From contig CM069132.1 of NCBI GenBank assembly GCA_035221665.1, positions 61,814,001-61,878,000 of the forward strand: a DNA stretch of 64,000 nt, read 5' to 3'. The notes beneath the pieces were generated by a model. It saw only the letters and a program-made list of their open reading frames with translations. It searched no databases and was not told the DNA's origin. Below, one piece after another: positions 50,658 to 64,000 of the stretch (the first letter of the stretch is position 1; each line of letters opens with the position of its first letter). The position numbers were made by a program, and so were the translations under genes. This stretch comes from Okamejei kenojei. Taxonomy: Eukaryota.

Positions 50658-52378
50658 TAAATAAAACCAAACTGAAATGCTGAAATCACGTTGAATGTCA
50701 ACAGCAGGGCACGCCTGCGACTGCCTAGGTTAGGGATTTATAATGGACTATTCATAAGTACAAAGATAACATATATTTGGTTTGACATTACTGACATTAT
50801 AGATCGTAATATGGAACTATTTGTAAATAATATGTAATGGCATTCCAATGCTAAATCAGCTACGTAACTAATGTTTGGTGCAAACAACGAAACATCTTCA
50901 TAAAACAGAACATTATATCACATACAAACCTAGACATTTGAGTTTGCGGTTTATGAGGTACCGCAGCATAATAGTTGAAAACAATGACTCTCTGCTTTGT
51001 AATAGATACATATCAACAAGTAGACAAACATTTTATAGATTAACATAAAATATTTGTTTATTCATATGCACCCACAAAGTTGCGGCATTTGAATTAATAA
51101 CGGTTACATTATTATTTTTGGCAAATAAGGTCAAAGGGAATTTCGTGTGTAGAATGTGTTCGTTCTTGTACGACCAACTGGTGCAATTTTTTACAATTTC
51201 CAAATAACATTTGGAACGATTAAGATTACATGCGTCTTATATATTATGAGGTATTCAGAAGGAATATATTGTATATATTATATAATATTCATATACAAAA
51301 TATAATTTTACTTCATGTTCATATTTCACTTCACTAACATAGTGTCCGATATTAAATTAAAACAAAGTATACATATAAACGGAAGATAGACACAAAATGC
51401 TGGAGTAACTCAGCGGGACAGGCAGCGTCTCTGGAGAGAAGGAACGGGTGACGTTTCGGGTCGAGACCCTTCTTCAATTATATCAGTGTAATCGCATTAA
51501 CAATATAAATTTTCACAGCCACAATGTTTAAAGTGTATTTTATATTCTAATTTTGAATTTCTTTGAAATTAAACCTAACTATTCAATGTACGAGATTTTC
51601 TTTGCTGAACAATAATGGTTAGTTTCAATTACAATATTGTTAATTCCAACGCCAAATGCATGCCCTGAATAATCTGGATGATACCTAAGGAAACATAATT
51701 TATTAAAATATACGTGCACAGTGTTTCTGGAAGTAAATCTAATTTCCAGTAAAGATTACGAAATATTGGATGTTTTTACATTATACATTTTTATATATCG
51801 TCTTGCAAATCAGTTGTCTAGTAGGGTAGTGGTGTTCTTTGATGTTTTACAAAATATAATAGATAGCAATGCTCCTCCTAGTATTCAACTTGGAAGCTTA
51901 GTCTACATATTTATTGTTGTGAAGTGTTATGTTGTTGAAACCCAATTCGGAATGTGGAAAAGCTTCATTCGTTGTTTTAAAATAGTTCATGAATTAGCAA
52001 GGAAATGTTCACTTCCCTTATCCAAATGGGATAGATAGCTGGGTGTAAACAGATCAAATAAAAGTTCCAATGGTCGCTGAGTTCACAGCTCTGTGAGCAA
52101 GTGTTCTTCAAAAAACTGAAATAGCATATAGTGCCCATTATGCTTCAAACATTTATTACGTTCTGCAATTGGGGGTAGAAAATAATATGCATTCAGAACT
52201 ACAATCATTCAAATTAATTTACACAACTAATCAACAAAGCAATGAATGCAGTTGAAATTCGTTAATTTTAGCTTTCATGATATAACATTGCTGACTCCAT
52301 CCTTCACGCACGCAGTCGCGGGCCTGCCCTGATGTTGACACTTCACGTATTTTCAGCATTTCACTTTGATTTTATTTA
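50658..52378. repeat. Pair of ~67-bp diverged inverted repeats (50658-50724 and 52312-52378)
   Basis: TAAATAAAACCAAACTGAAATGCTGAAA...TGTCAACAGCAGGGCACGCCTGCGACTGC vs reverse complement TAAATAAAATCAAAGTGAAATGCTGAAA...TGTCAACATCAGGGCAGGCCCGCGACTGC. Confidence 0.85.
51382..51476 (-). mobile_element. Young solo pLTR-type repeat with hammerhead core, inside the HoxA cluster
   Basis: Reverse complement TGAAGAAGGGTCTCGACCCGAAACGTCACCCG..., CpGs intact. Confidence 0.85.
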
Positions 52379-55300
52379 CTCCACGGTGAAAGGATTAAGA
52401 CATTTTGCCGCACCGCAGGGTTAGTGGGCATATGCGGGACGAGTGTGCGTCCCGAATGTTCATCTGGGAGACAATTGCATCGCGACTTTCTATATTCTAA
52501 TTTCCCAAAGACTCGATGCAAATAGACTGTTGCCTCGTCTCTGTTTATCTAAGTATGCCAAATGGGCATACTTATAGCATGAGACTGCGGGAAATGTTCT
52601 GAGCCCAGCATATCTGAGGCGGCGGCTATTTATTGAAAGGCAAAGCATAAGAAAGCTGGAAGAATCCATCGTAAAACAGAAGGAATCGTTACAGGCGAAT
52701 GGAGTGCATTTAACGAAATAAGTTCTGAAATTCCGGTCTGTGACAACAAGCCAAGTTCAACGTAAGCTTTCAAGTTCAAATTCGACAGTTCGGATACAAT
52801 TTCCCATACCTGTAGATATTTCAGTATTCATTAATACATAAGAATATATAACGGCTAATATATTGAAATCAAATAGTGGGCCGATTAGCATGGAACATCA
52901 CATTTTTGTGTAAATTCGTGAAAAATATATTACCGAAAATCACTACAGAACTAGTGATGGGTTTGCTGAATTATCTTTATCTTTATAGTCGAGGACTCTT
53001 GCCTTTGAAATCCTTAACATAGACCTGAAACGCTATTGTGTCTAAAGGGTAGTTCTTCAACTTGTCAAATTGTGTGTGCCAGGATTCAATCTATCCCGTG
53101 AACTCAGCAGTACATTTCAAATACGCATGTCTTTGAAAACGATAATGGATTAGTTCTAAATAAATTCGCAGATAATAGACTAAAAAAATGCTCGGAAGCG
53201 AAACGAAGTGCTTATTTGTAAATAGAATGCTAATTTTTTCCATGGCCATTTATAATTGCGCAAAAAGAGAAGCCTCAATATTAATTAACGAGTCATTTAT
53301 TATGCCGAGGTGTGCTGAAAAACCACCGCTGATGGCTTTTTCGCCCTGCATCACTGAACAACTTCATACCGTTGAGCTCCACGTTGTGGGATTTAGTGTT
53401 AAAAAAGGCACAAAATGGTCACAATGAAACTTACCATTCATTTTCTGTAATTTTATTGGGACCATCGGTAGGTTAGAAATTGGAATCTAGCTAATCTAGT
53501 ATTTATCAAAATTGAAGTATTATATTCCGGATAGTAAATATGACAGAAACATTAAAAAAAAACCCTTCATTACACAAAAAAAAAAACGATTTCGGAGAAT
53601 AAAACAAAGTTTAACGGAAATGGTTAAAAGATATAAAATGTTAATTTTCGGCGAATGGTGCGGAGTGCGTTTTTCTTTTATTGCCGAACTTGACTAAATA
53701 TACGTCCATTGCGGTGTTTCACTGGTTTTCATAGGGCAAAAAAAAGGTATAATAGAAGAGCAAATTTTTCGCTTAAGTAGGGCCATAATATTCAATGTGC
53801 ATGATATTTGATAGTTAATTTCAATAACCCCACTGCGGGTCAACAAAATCTGAATAAACCAAATCGATACAGATCTAGCATTGTTTTCAAATTCAAGTAC
53901 AACAATCCGCTTGGGATCTCAACCCTATTAATTCTCGACGTATTTTCACATCTTAAAAGACTGACTTTTTAGCAATTCAACTCTTCGTTCGACTAAGGTA
54001 CAAGTTTCTGCAAGTATTTAACTGAACTTTACAAAATTTCGGAGACATCAGGCATAAAAATGGCCGCCGGTTCCCGTTGTCTTGTCACTGTCAGTGCCAC
54101 TGAACTAGAGGACAAAACAACCCTGCACACAAAAAAACAACACGATTTTCGTTGAAAAGTAACGCACTCATTTGAAACCAGTGATTTTTCACTTTATATT
54201 TTGAGATTCGTAATGTCTGTGGTTGAAAAAAAAAGGAAAATAAAGACATTGCATGTCTCCCAAACCCCACGACCAAGAAGGAATTTGTTTTTATTTGATT
54301 TGGCCTAGAATGTAGATTTTTTGGGGGGAGTTTTTAAGTTTCACAGTTTATCGAACTAAGTCCAAAATCAGTTTATTTTTGACCAAGTTAATGAAGGCAG
54401 ATATTGCATTGAATAGACGAATACCGTTAAAGACGGTGGTTCTTTAAAAAAAAAAATCCAGATTGTAACTTCATATTACAGCAGAAACTGTCCGTTTCCC
54501 TTTAAGCACGAAGATGCTATTTTCATTTATCATCCAGGAGGGCAAGGGGAGATATTGCAGAAATGAGCGGAATCATCCCATGTTAGAGAAATGGCTTGGG
54601 GCGTAATATAGCAACATACTTTGTTGTTACACGCAATTAAAACCTATGTTGCTTCATTTGCCAACGATAAAATTAGGGTCTAATGTAATTCGTGGGAGAA
54701 ATTAAGAAGTAATGCGGATACTATCCCTTATAAAACCTGCAGAGAACAATATGGCTGGCCGTTTTCATCCCACACTGGTTTACAGTGACAATATAAGTAT
54801 GCCAGCTGGAAGTACAATTTTCAGCTTTTAACCCGTGGATAGTGAGACATCAAAATGAATGAATCTAAGCGCGACACAGTGTATTTCCCTTTACTTTTCC
54901 AGGCCGTCTCTTTTAATGACACAGTCGACACCGCAAGTGGCGGAAGGCCATGATCGTTTTTTTTTACAAGACGACCAATATATTTAAGATATTTTCCTTT
55001 CATTAAACCTTTAACTTCGCATGATACAAATCTTGTTTTTGTCAAGTATGTACATTTCGCGTGCGCAGCCTTTTCCAAAGTTGAAGTTCAATGTTAAGTC
55101 GGCTGCGAGCTCTTAAGCGTAAATTCCTCACAAAATTCAGATGTAAACTTTCCCTAACCCTTGTCTTATTTGAGTACTTGTTTTTGTGTTCAAACCTTCA
55201 CATGAACAGTTTTAACCCGATTTCGTTTTTGACAATATCTTCAACAAAGCTTTAAAATACACATCAGTGTGAAGAAAAATTAACTTCATCCGGGTCTCAG

Positions 55301-58279
55301 CTCTCCCACGGAGTTGGATTCCTGCAGGAAAATAGCCTGCGCCGCAATAATTCACCGATCTTCTTAAACTTCGGTATTTACATTAGATTTCATTCACATC
55401 AAATATCCACCAAATGGCCAGAGTTTGCGTTAAATAAAAGATAAACAAGGTAGGTACTTTTATTTTTTAGTATTAGCTCTTGGGCATTATTTAAATGTGT
55501 TCCCAAAGGCTGCAATACAACTAAAACGAAATTAAAAAGTCAAATTGATCCTAAATCTATAATTGAAAATCAGCTATGAGAAAGGGCGATACTTGCTGCA
55601 AAGATAGTATGATAGGTGAGAAATACATACGATTAGAAAATGGCGCAGCGATAAAATAGTGACTGTATCTAAGATCATTTTCGGCTTTTATTTAAACGGA
55701 AATGCCATCGCCAGCTTCCTTTTTTAATTTGGAGGTATATTAAATAGTTGTTATTTTGTTTATCTTGTTCTTCTAACACTGTTATAGCAGATTGCGTTGT
55801 TTGGGAAATTGCATAGCAATTCATTCACGTATAATTCAACCTTTCGGTAAGAAAGAAAAAATACAAGAAAGTAGATTCTGTGCCACTGGTGGTTAAAACG
55901 TGCAATGTCCGGCTAAAAAGCTTACTCCTTCAAATTTCAGCCCGATTTTTATCAGACAAAGAGCGCGTCCTTGTCGCTTTTGGGAACGCCTGATTGCTCA
56001 CGTTAGCTGGGAATGTCAGGGATTCCATGTAGGTGGCGTCTTTAGCTAACCCCTGGTCGGCTACAATGTCTATGCGGGCGTCTGGTGAAGCTGGTTGTCA
56101 AAACTGCTATTAAAACCACAGGTCAAGCTAAACCGCTCTCGGTTCTCGTAGGCGTATTATATTTAATTATTTTATGGAAAGCGCTGTATCGGAATTTGTC
56201 CATCCGTACAGGGACAAATCGTGTCAATATCCTCCTGGACTTCACTTTGGTTTTATTTTAACACTGTAAAATTTCAGATTTTACATTTGCAGTTTTGACC
56301 ACAGTTACTAAACGTCCCAATGCGAATCGTTTTTTTTTAAACGACTGAACATGAATTAATTTGGATCTTAATTTAGAATTGCGATTTCACAGTATGGCTT
56401 CGCAGTTTCGTTGTATTCGGTGCATATAATTTTTTCAATATTTGTATGTACATATACGTTAAATAAAATATAGATATGTTCTATAGTGTAATATAAAGAT
56501 AGCCGGATTGCCGAACGGTTGAATGCCACAAAGAATATTTACACCGAGTATTGCTGGTCCTTATTGCAAATTATGGCATCGAAAATCCTATTAATATCCT
56601 TAGTGTTTCCGGAATCTACTGTTATTCATTTATAAGATGGCCTTATTTTTACAACGAGTGATTTATTCGGTTGCGCGGGCCAGAAAAACAAATAAAATCT
56701 ATATTTCGAGTATTTTGTAGACCTTTTCATATCATTGCTGTATGCTTATATCAAAGAAACAATTAGAAAAAAATATTAACTTTATTAACTTGCAACTAAC
56801 ACGGTTGCTCGTTAAGAGTATTTTTGTACGTGAAACAATTCAGTGTAAGGTCTTTCTGGCAAATGTTTATGGCAAAGGTCCTTATCCCCAGGAAACCTGT
56901 TTGTTTTGGCACTGCGCAATTGTTTTTGGAACAGCAATAAGCTAATATGTGACAAATTCTTAAAGCAAAGTTTAACTTCAACTCTTATCTATGGCACCAT
57001 TCTTTTCAACAGCATCGGAATTCATTGCGTGACTTTCAAACTCCTAGTGTGCATTTAAACCATATAGTTTGTTAGATGGCGCTAATATATCTAAATAAAA
57101 TGCACTTTTATTGGTTGTTCTTTAATTAATCTTTCCCTGGCCAAACTAAACTATTGTTATTTAATCCTAACCACAGTAAATACAAGTCCGCTTCATATTC
57201 ATAGGACTTTGTTGAGATTTCATTGACATACAGAACAATGTGCCCACGGCCAATGTCAAATGGATTTTATTCCGTTTTGTTCACGCCTGTTTCACCTAAA
57301 CATTTTCAAATATATAATTACCAGTGTTCTGTCGTGAATAAGAACTCCGCCTGAAATATAAAGCTGATTCAACAATAGACTGTTTTCGAAAATATTTCCT
57401 GAAATCCAGCTAAATGGCATCTAGCTTAGAGAATTGTATCGAGAGGGCGATGGTTTTGTATGTGGTGTTGAACGTGACCATGCCCATTTGTCCTCAAATT
57501 AGAAGCACCGACACACATTTATGAAACACAATGTGGCAGTTTCGTGCGGATTCAATTTTTATGAGGAAAATCACCTAAAAGCTATTCGGCTACACTCACT
57601 AAGACACAAACAAGCCAATATTCAATTCCGGACCTGTAGTCAGTCTAACTCATCTTCCCCACGGCTTTTATGGGGGTCTACAAATGACTGTATGCTTCCG
57701 TGGTTTATTTCTGTTGAGTGGGGAAGTGGAAGTGAGGGTATTCGGGTTGAAAACAGAGAAGATATAGGTAGATAAATCATGATTTATTCATTTAAAAAAA
57801 TCCGCTCCCACTTCACGTCTCGGGAAGATTCTTACATAGTTTGCGATTATTCGTCTATAGATACACACATTCTCTGCTGGTGAAATAAATATTGTGTACG
57901 TTATTTTTCATTAAAATGACAAGACAAAAAGATAAGGGGAGTATTTTCCAACATAATGTAATTTTCTGGGGTTTTCCTCCTAATAGATCTGTGTGCGTAA
58001 TAATTCAAAAATCGCCCTTAAAAAAAAATTCTGTGTTTGACATTTTTGCTGCGGAAATGGTTATAAGTTCTTTCCATGTCTACTCTTGATTCAAGTCAGC
58101 TTGTTGGAGCGGCATGGAGTAAATGTGCCAAATGCGTCTCTGGTGTGAAGCTTGAACACCTTCACAGTATTATTCGAGCTTTCCTTTCCCCGTTTAGAAA
58201 TGTGCAGAGCTCAGTTGTAAAGAGCTTTGCGCTCCTGGTGCGAGGGGGGAATCCAAAGTGATGCATGTCAATTTCTCCA

Positions 58280-58456
58280 GGCATCTGGTCACATGACCGG
58301 CTGGTTCCTGCGATGTATGGAGATACATTTCCACGTCAGCTTACGTTTCCAAATTTTTACTCCGCGGATCAGCTTCAAAGAGGCAGCAGCATCTAAGGAC
58401 CATGTTTAGCTGTGCGAATGCAAGCTATTCTTGCGCTAGGGGACCCCAAGAAAGCG
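58280..58456 (+). promoter_or_regulatory. HoxA11 promoter / conserved 5' leader
   Basis: GGTCACATGACC palindromic E-box, CCACGTCA, and CGGATCAGCTTCAAAGAGGCAGC, which resembles the tetrapod HOXA11 leader. Confidence 0.6.
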
Positions 58457-59066
58457 ATGATGGATTTTGATGAGCGGGTTTCTTGTGGCTCTAATCTTTA
58501 TTTGCCTAGCTGTACCTATTATGTCTCCGGTCCGGATTTCTCCAGCCTGCCTTCATTTTTACCCCAAACACCGGCTACTCGTCCCATGACATATTCTTAC
58601 TCGTCTAATATCCCCCAGGTTCAACCTGTGCGAGAAGTTACCTTCAGAGACTATGCCATCGATCCTTCCAATAAGTGGCATCACAGAAGCAATCTCCCCC
58701 ACTGTTATTCCGCAGAGGAGCTGATGCACAGAGAATGCCTGCCTGCCAGCACCATGGGCGAGATGTTAATGAAAAATAGCGCCAGCGTTTACCACCCCAG
58801 TTCCAACGCGACTTCCAGCTTCTACAACCCGGTGGGTAGGAACGGTGTCCTGCCGCAAGGATTTGATCAGTTCTTCGAGACTGCCTACGGTTCTAATGAG
58901 AATCAGCAGTCGGAGTATTGCGGGGAGAAGAGCCCAGGTAAAGTGCCGTCTGCGGCAACTTCAAGTTCGGAGACTTCCAGGGTGTCGGTGGAGAAGGAGA
59001 CGAGTCCCGGGAGCAGCAGCCCGGAATCTTCTTCCGGCAACAATGAGGAAAAAAGCAGCAACTCTA
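58457..59066 (+). CDS. HOXA11: HoxA11 exon 1
   Basis: [39 protein letters not shown]...[11 protein letters not shown]...[19 protein letters not shown]; donor A|GTAGGT at 59067. Confidence 0.97.
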
Positions 59067-60218
59067 GTAGGTAGAATCAGTGCCTACTTATGAAGGAAAG
59101 TTTTGCGATCTCGCGCGCTGCTGTTAAAAATTTTATGTGCTGTTTTATAAGCATATAAGGGGGTTTATGGATGGCCTGTAGATTTCCCAACAAAACTTTT
59201 TTTTTAAATAAATGACAGGATCACGTGTTCCGCTCTGAAATTGGCCGTGAAATAACACCGGCCAATCCCTGCATTAAAATAGCTCATCTAGCACCTCTAA
59301 ATGTGAAATTTGGATTAAAAATATGGTCATTTAAATTATTAGGTGTGCATTCATAAAAACATAGCAATTTGGCCGTTGTGATCTACGCGTGTATGAATAC
59401 AGCACACGAATTCTATAAAACACGTGTTGACACAAAAACTCTATTTATAGGTTGTATTCAGTTCCATAAGTAACCGCTTTAAAACATAACAGGGTAAAAT
59501 GACATTTTTAACAGCAACATAAATAGTACAGTACCTTTAGCACAGAGGTTTCTATCATAAAAACTTATTTCAGATTGAGTGACCATATTTTATTTAATAA
59601 TCACATTTTATAGCTGGACGAGCGATAAGCACAGCTTTAACAGTAGTACTTCTGGAGCATGCCTATGTCGACTTTTACAAAACGGAATATCTACACAACA
59701 AGACCCCCTCCCTTAAGAAAACCAATTCATGTTCCCAGCACCTTTATAATGACAGGGCGATTGTGTCATGCTTCAAATCCTTTTAGATTTAACACTCTAA
59801 ATTAAATAAAACGTCGTGCTCTTCGCTTATTTTCTGTCTTTAATGCTCTTATACTCGGGCGTTTCATCTGTAAAAATCATTTAGCTTCCCAATGTGGGTA
59901 GTTCCTGGGTATGGAAATTTTTGTAATTTCAAGTACTCTTTGGAAGGGGAGTATCACAGCTTTAACTTAAGAAGTTCCACAACCATTATGGTAACCGAGG
60001 CAGCCATCTTATGTTTCAAGACCCATTCAACATGTTAAAATGCGCTTTAAAGCTTAGCGAAGTCTTCTGTATATCGTCATTGGTGGTAGATATTGCTGTG
60101 TAAAATGTATGAATTATGTCGAGGTGCTCCGAATTACAGCAAAGTATATGTTGCTCCTTAGAAAAACATTGGATATTCTTACTTATCAATGTTTTAACGT
60201 ACTGTTTACCTGTTACAG

Positions 60219-60451
60219 GTGGCCAGCGTACACGTAAAAAAAGATGCCCCTATACCAAGTACCAGATCAGGGAGCTGGAGAGAGAATTTTTTTTCAGTGT
60301 CTACATCAACAAGGAGAAGCGCCTGCAACTTTCCCGCATGCTCAATTTAACCGACCGGCAAGTTAAAATTTGGTTTCAGAACAGGAGGATGAAGGAAAAG
60401 AAGTTAAACAGGGACCGCCTTCAATATTACACTACGAATCCATTGCTCTGA
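60219..60451 (+). CDS. HOXA11: HoxA11 exon 2 (homeodomain); spliced protein 280 aa from the first ATG
   Basis: Acceptor CCTGTTACAG; [62 protein letters not shown]...YYTTNPLL. Confidence 0.97.
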
Positions 60452-63400
60452 GATTAGACTGAGTTTACAAAGAGGCATTCCACCTTCCTAACTTCTACGA
60501 TGAAATCGGCCAGGCCAGAAGGCAGAGGTAAAAAAAAGCTCAAGTTCGAGTTTGTGAGCAGACACTTTAATACAACTCTGACGGGCCAGACAACTTTTCA
60601 AAACTAATGGGGACGTCTAGTTTCAACTTTAAAAAGTAACTGGAATTAATGCTCATCGTTGACTTCACACACAGCCACACACAGACGCACGCACGCACAC
60701 ACTTATTAATACACAGGCGGCTTCTATATATATCGTACACAGAGTATCTCTTGAGATTAACTTTTGAGATGTCAAGGTGAACGTTTGGACTTAGTTAAGC
60801 GAAACCGATTTTTTTTTTAAATTCAAGGCAGCTTCTATCCATGAACGGACATGTGTACTAAAGGTCTGGGAGAAGGAGTGGACTGTTGTGGACCAGCAGC
60901 AATATAAACGTATTTTTAAAAATAAGGCGATAAGAAGCGCATGCTTTAGATTAGGAACATTACAGTGGCCCTCATTGGATATATATTTGTTATCTTTGGT
61001 TACAACTAGTAGCAAGCAGTCTCGTTCTTTTGCAACGGAGCCTTCTGAAAGGAGGGAACGTAGCGCAGCAGTTCTACAAATAATGCCTGCTTATCGCTGT
61101 ACAGCATACTAAAACTCGTCTCTAGGAAAGGCAGATGACAACTTCCATCTCCACAATAGATCCACATTTATTTCCATACATATCAATCAGTACTCCCCAC
61201 CCCCACCTCCATTATTACCCCAAAAGATGACATGCATGCAAATATCCAATTTGAAATTCATAGCAAAAAGAAACACCGTTTCTAATGAGTGTGGAATTTA
61301 TACTAGTCATTAAAATAAGCAAGTGTGGTTAAATTCTGTTTAACATGTACAAATCTGTATATTTTAGCCGTTGGCCTCGATATATAAACACCTTACCATT
61401 TAATACATAGCTTGGAATAATAAGATATTTGAAAACCGGCTATTTTATGCTCGCTGAAGCAATCCGTGTGTGTTTATTTGTACTTGACCCATTGTGCTTC
61501 GTAATTTTCAAATGCGGTTTTTACTTTTCAATTTTCAAAAGGAAGAGATGCTACCCGTGATGGCATACTTGAGCACAAAGTATTGTAAATATGTCGCTCT
61601 TTTGGTACATTGTGAATGTGTATAGGAATTGGGTTTGAAAGCTGCTGCTCATGCATCTATCCTTTTCACGGATTCCTCCAAAGGGTGACAAGTCTGCAGT
61701 ATTCACCATTTTGAAGCCATCTTTATCCGTGTGAACCAAAGACAGAAAAGTATTTTCATTAAACACATAAGTGTGTTTATTGCACAATGGTAACATTTCC
61801 TGTACATTCACAATTTAAGCTTTTTTATAGGCCGATATACCTATAGGCCATATTGTACAAAAATCACCCACACTTTACCTAACAACATATACCAGCCTTC
61901 AAAATCACTTTTGTTTATTTTATCAGTTTAAATTCAATGTTTCGTTGTGGCCTTTGTCATTAACATCATCAAAATAGCTTATTTTATTGTTCATTCTCAT
62001 AAAATGACATATGACAGCGGTTGGCTGCTCGCCGTTATCTTTATTTTTTGTAATTCTAGTTTATTTTGCAAAACACTGAAATGTATTAAAAGGCTGGAAT
62101 ATGCACCACAGATGTGGTGTTTTTTTACATTAAGCATTTAGATTTTGAAATGTAGCACCAATTCTTTTACGAGCAATCGGATGCTGTTTTATTAAATGTG
62201 AAATCGACATTTGCTTAACATTTGTATATAATTTATATTTATCAATTTGACTAAAGTGGGGTAAATATGCATGTCCATGTTGAGAGAGCGCACAATTGGA
62301 AATCATGTTGAAAAAGTAATGAAGGTGCTTTCTCTTGAGGGCGAACTTCGTTGGGTATTCAAGCCGAAAACTAAAACACCTGCAAAGTATTGTAATATTG
62401 TTCGTTTCATGTACGTAATAAGCAACCATTAAAGCTGGATAACATTCATATCTGTCTACATACATTGGTACGTTTTTCTTTAGTTTGTTTTCTGGAAGCC
62501 AAGGCATTCATTATCAAATTTCGGACAATACAATTACAATTATCTTTCCCTTGGCACGGGCTATAGTCATTTCACATTGATAATCGCATGCTCAAATGGG
62601 AACAATTAGCCAATATGTCAAAAATTGTATTGGTTAGTACTTTATTCAGCAAAAATAACTCTCTTTGGGAAATTTTGTGAATCAAAACTCTCGGTTTGGC
62701 CAATAACCGACAACATTTGTTTGGGTACATAGGGGCGTACATTAGAAACAATTGCATTACATTGCAGTTGTATTATAATATCTTTAATGCCGATTTTCAT
62801 TCTGTTTTCCTGTTTGTTTCCTGGCTTTGAACTTCTGTTGCGCCGTGGACGTCACCTCTAACCTTGGGGGTGAAGGGATAATCAGCCCTGAAGCTTACAT
62901 TCTCTGGTTAGACTCCCGCCGGAGGTGACGGGAGACCAAAACAGATTATAAGAGGTTGATCAACTACATTGGCAGAGAAACTAGCGAGACATATTCTAGT
63001 ATCATGGAAGTTTAATGTTGCGTGTGAGGTTGTTTTAATAATGAGTGATACTGGAGGTGGTTAAAGATATGTGGAAGCTTTTATATCTGCAGAAGAGGGA
63101 GTTAAGACCAGTGAAGTAGCATATTAAGGGGCTGTGGCATTCAAGGCAAATGACATGGGATCGTCTCTGTTGCTGTGGTTACTAACAGCGGGACAAATCA
63201 TAAAAAAACTTTTAATTGTAGCTATCTGTTTTTTGAATATACACCGCAGTAGATTTTATAGTCCCAATGTCATGAACGTAAACATATTTTTGAGTTTAGT
63301 TCTTCTCCCTCTTAATGTCGTTTTGCGTTCGTTCAATGTTTCTGCACTGCTGCACCAGGGAGCTATGACAATGAATTCCTCCAGTTGGACACTCAGTCCA

Positions 63401-64000
63401 CATGGTGGCGCCATTTAGATCAATGTCAAAGCCGCTTTTGGGCAGCAAAATAATTATAATGAAAAATACTTTGTCGCTCTTCCAAAGTACGAGTTAAAGA
63501 GGTATGTTATTTTTTTTGAGGCAAAATAAAATAGTTCCTCTATGTTTGACAATTTAAATTCAATATTCATTGAATATCATAAAGAGCTCCAAAATATCTA
63601 ATCTTTCTAACAAAAGGTAGGTGATCTGGATCCATGTATATACGACATGGATTCTTGAATTGAGAAATGTGGCTTCACAATTATCAAAGAGCGGTTCGAC
63701 AGTGTACGTTACAATTAACGTGAGATTTGAATTCGGATGGAGTGAAAGTTATTTTTTAAACCGCTTTTGTTTCATTAAGAAAAAAAACCCTCCGGAAAAG
63801 GGAAAGTGCAGGATATTAATTTCAGAAACAGTATACTTTAATTGTCATTGAACATTGGTTAGAAAATACAATGTATTTGCTTCTTGAATAAATCACGGAC
63901 CACATTTTATATTTAGATACAATATGTGCACTATTCGATTTGCTGGTTAGGAAGAAAAGGTTTATTCCTGGAACTGGGTTGCTCATATTTGTTCTTTAAT

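Noticed and set aside
58412-58456. N-terminal extension of HoxA11
   Set aside because: The ORF caller used GTG. An in-frame ATG at 58418 exists, but the conserved start is (M)MDFDER; unsupported without ribosome data.
60452-64000. HoxA10 coding exon or miR-196
   Set aside because: No HoxA10 ORF or miR-196 sequence seen; both are expected beyond the right edge.

Overview
Eukaryotic genomic DNA from a cartilaginous fish (repeat families suggest a skate/ray; inference) covering the posterior end of the HoxA cluster. The right half (~33-64 kb) is repeat-poor and CpG-retaining. It carries intact two-exon HoxA13 (45043-46336) and HoxA11 (58457-60451), both on +. I also read a decayed HoxA14 homeobox, split over two exons, at ~38.6-39.0 kb. 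More tentatively, a Hox12-like relic lies between A13 and A11 (~49.0-50.1 kb), at the position where HoxA12 is missing from described jawed-vertebrate clusters. The left half (1-32 kb) is dense with transposons: a full-length, mildly decayed DIRS tyrosine-recombinase retrotransposon (55-5368), Penelope-like elements whose terminal repeats carry hammerhead-ribozyme cores, tandem non-autonomous Helitrons, a PIF/Harbinger MITE, a nested pLTR>Tc1>CR1 stack, and many LINE/SINE remnants. No Evx1 was recognised. There is one 160-N assembly gap. All alignments were made by eye, so boundaries of old repeats are approximate.
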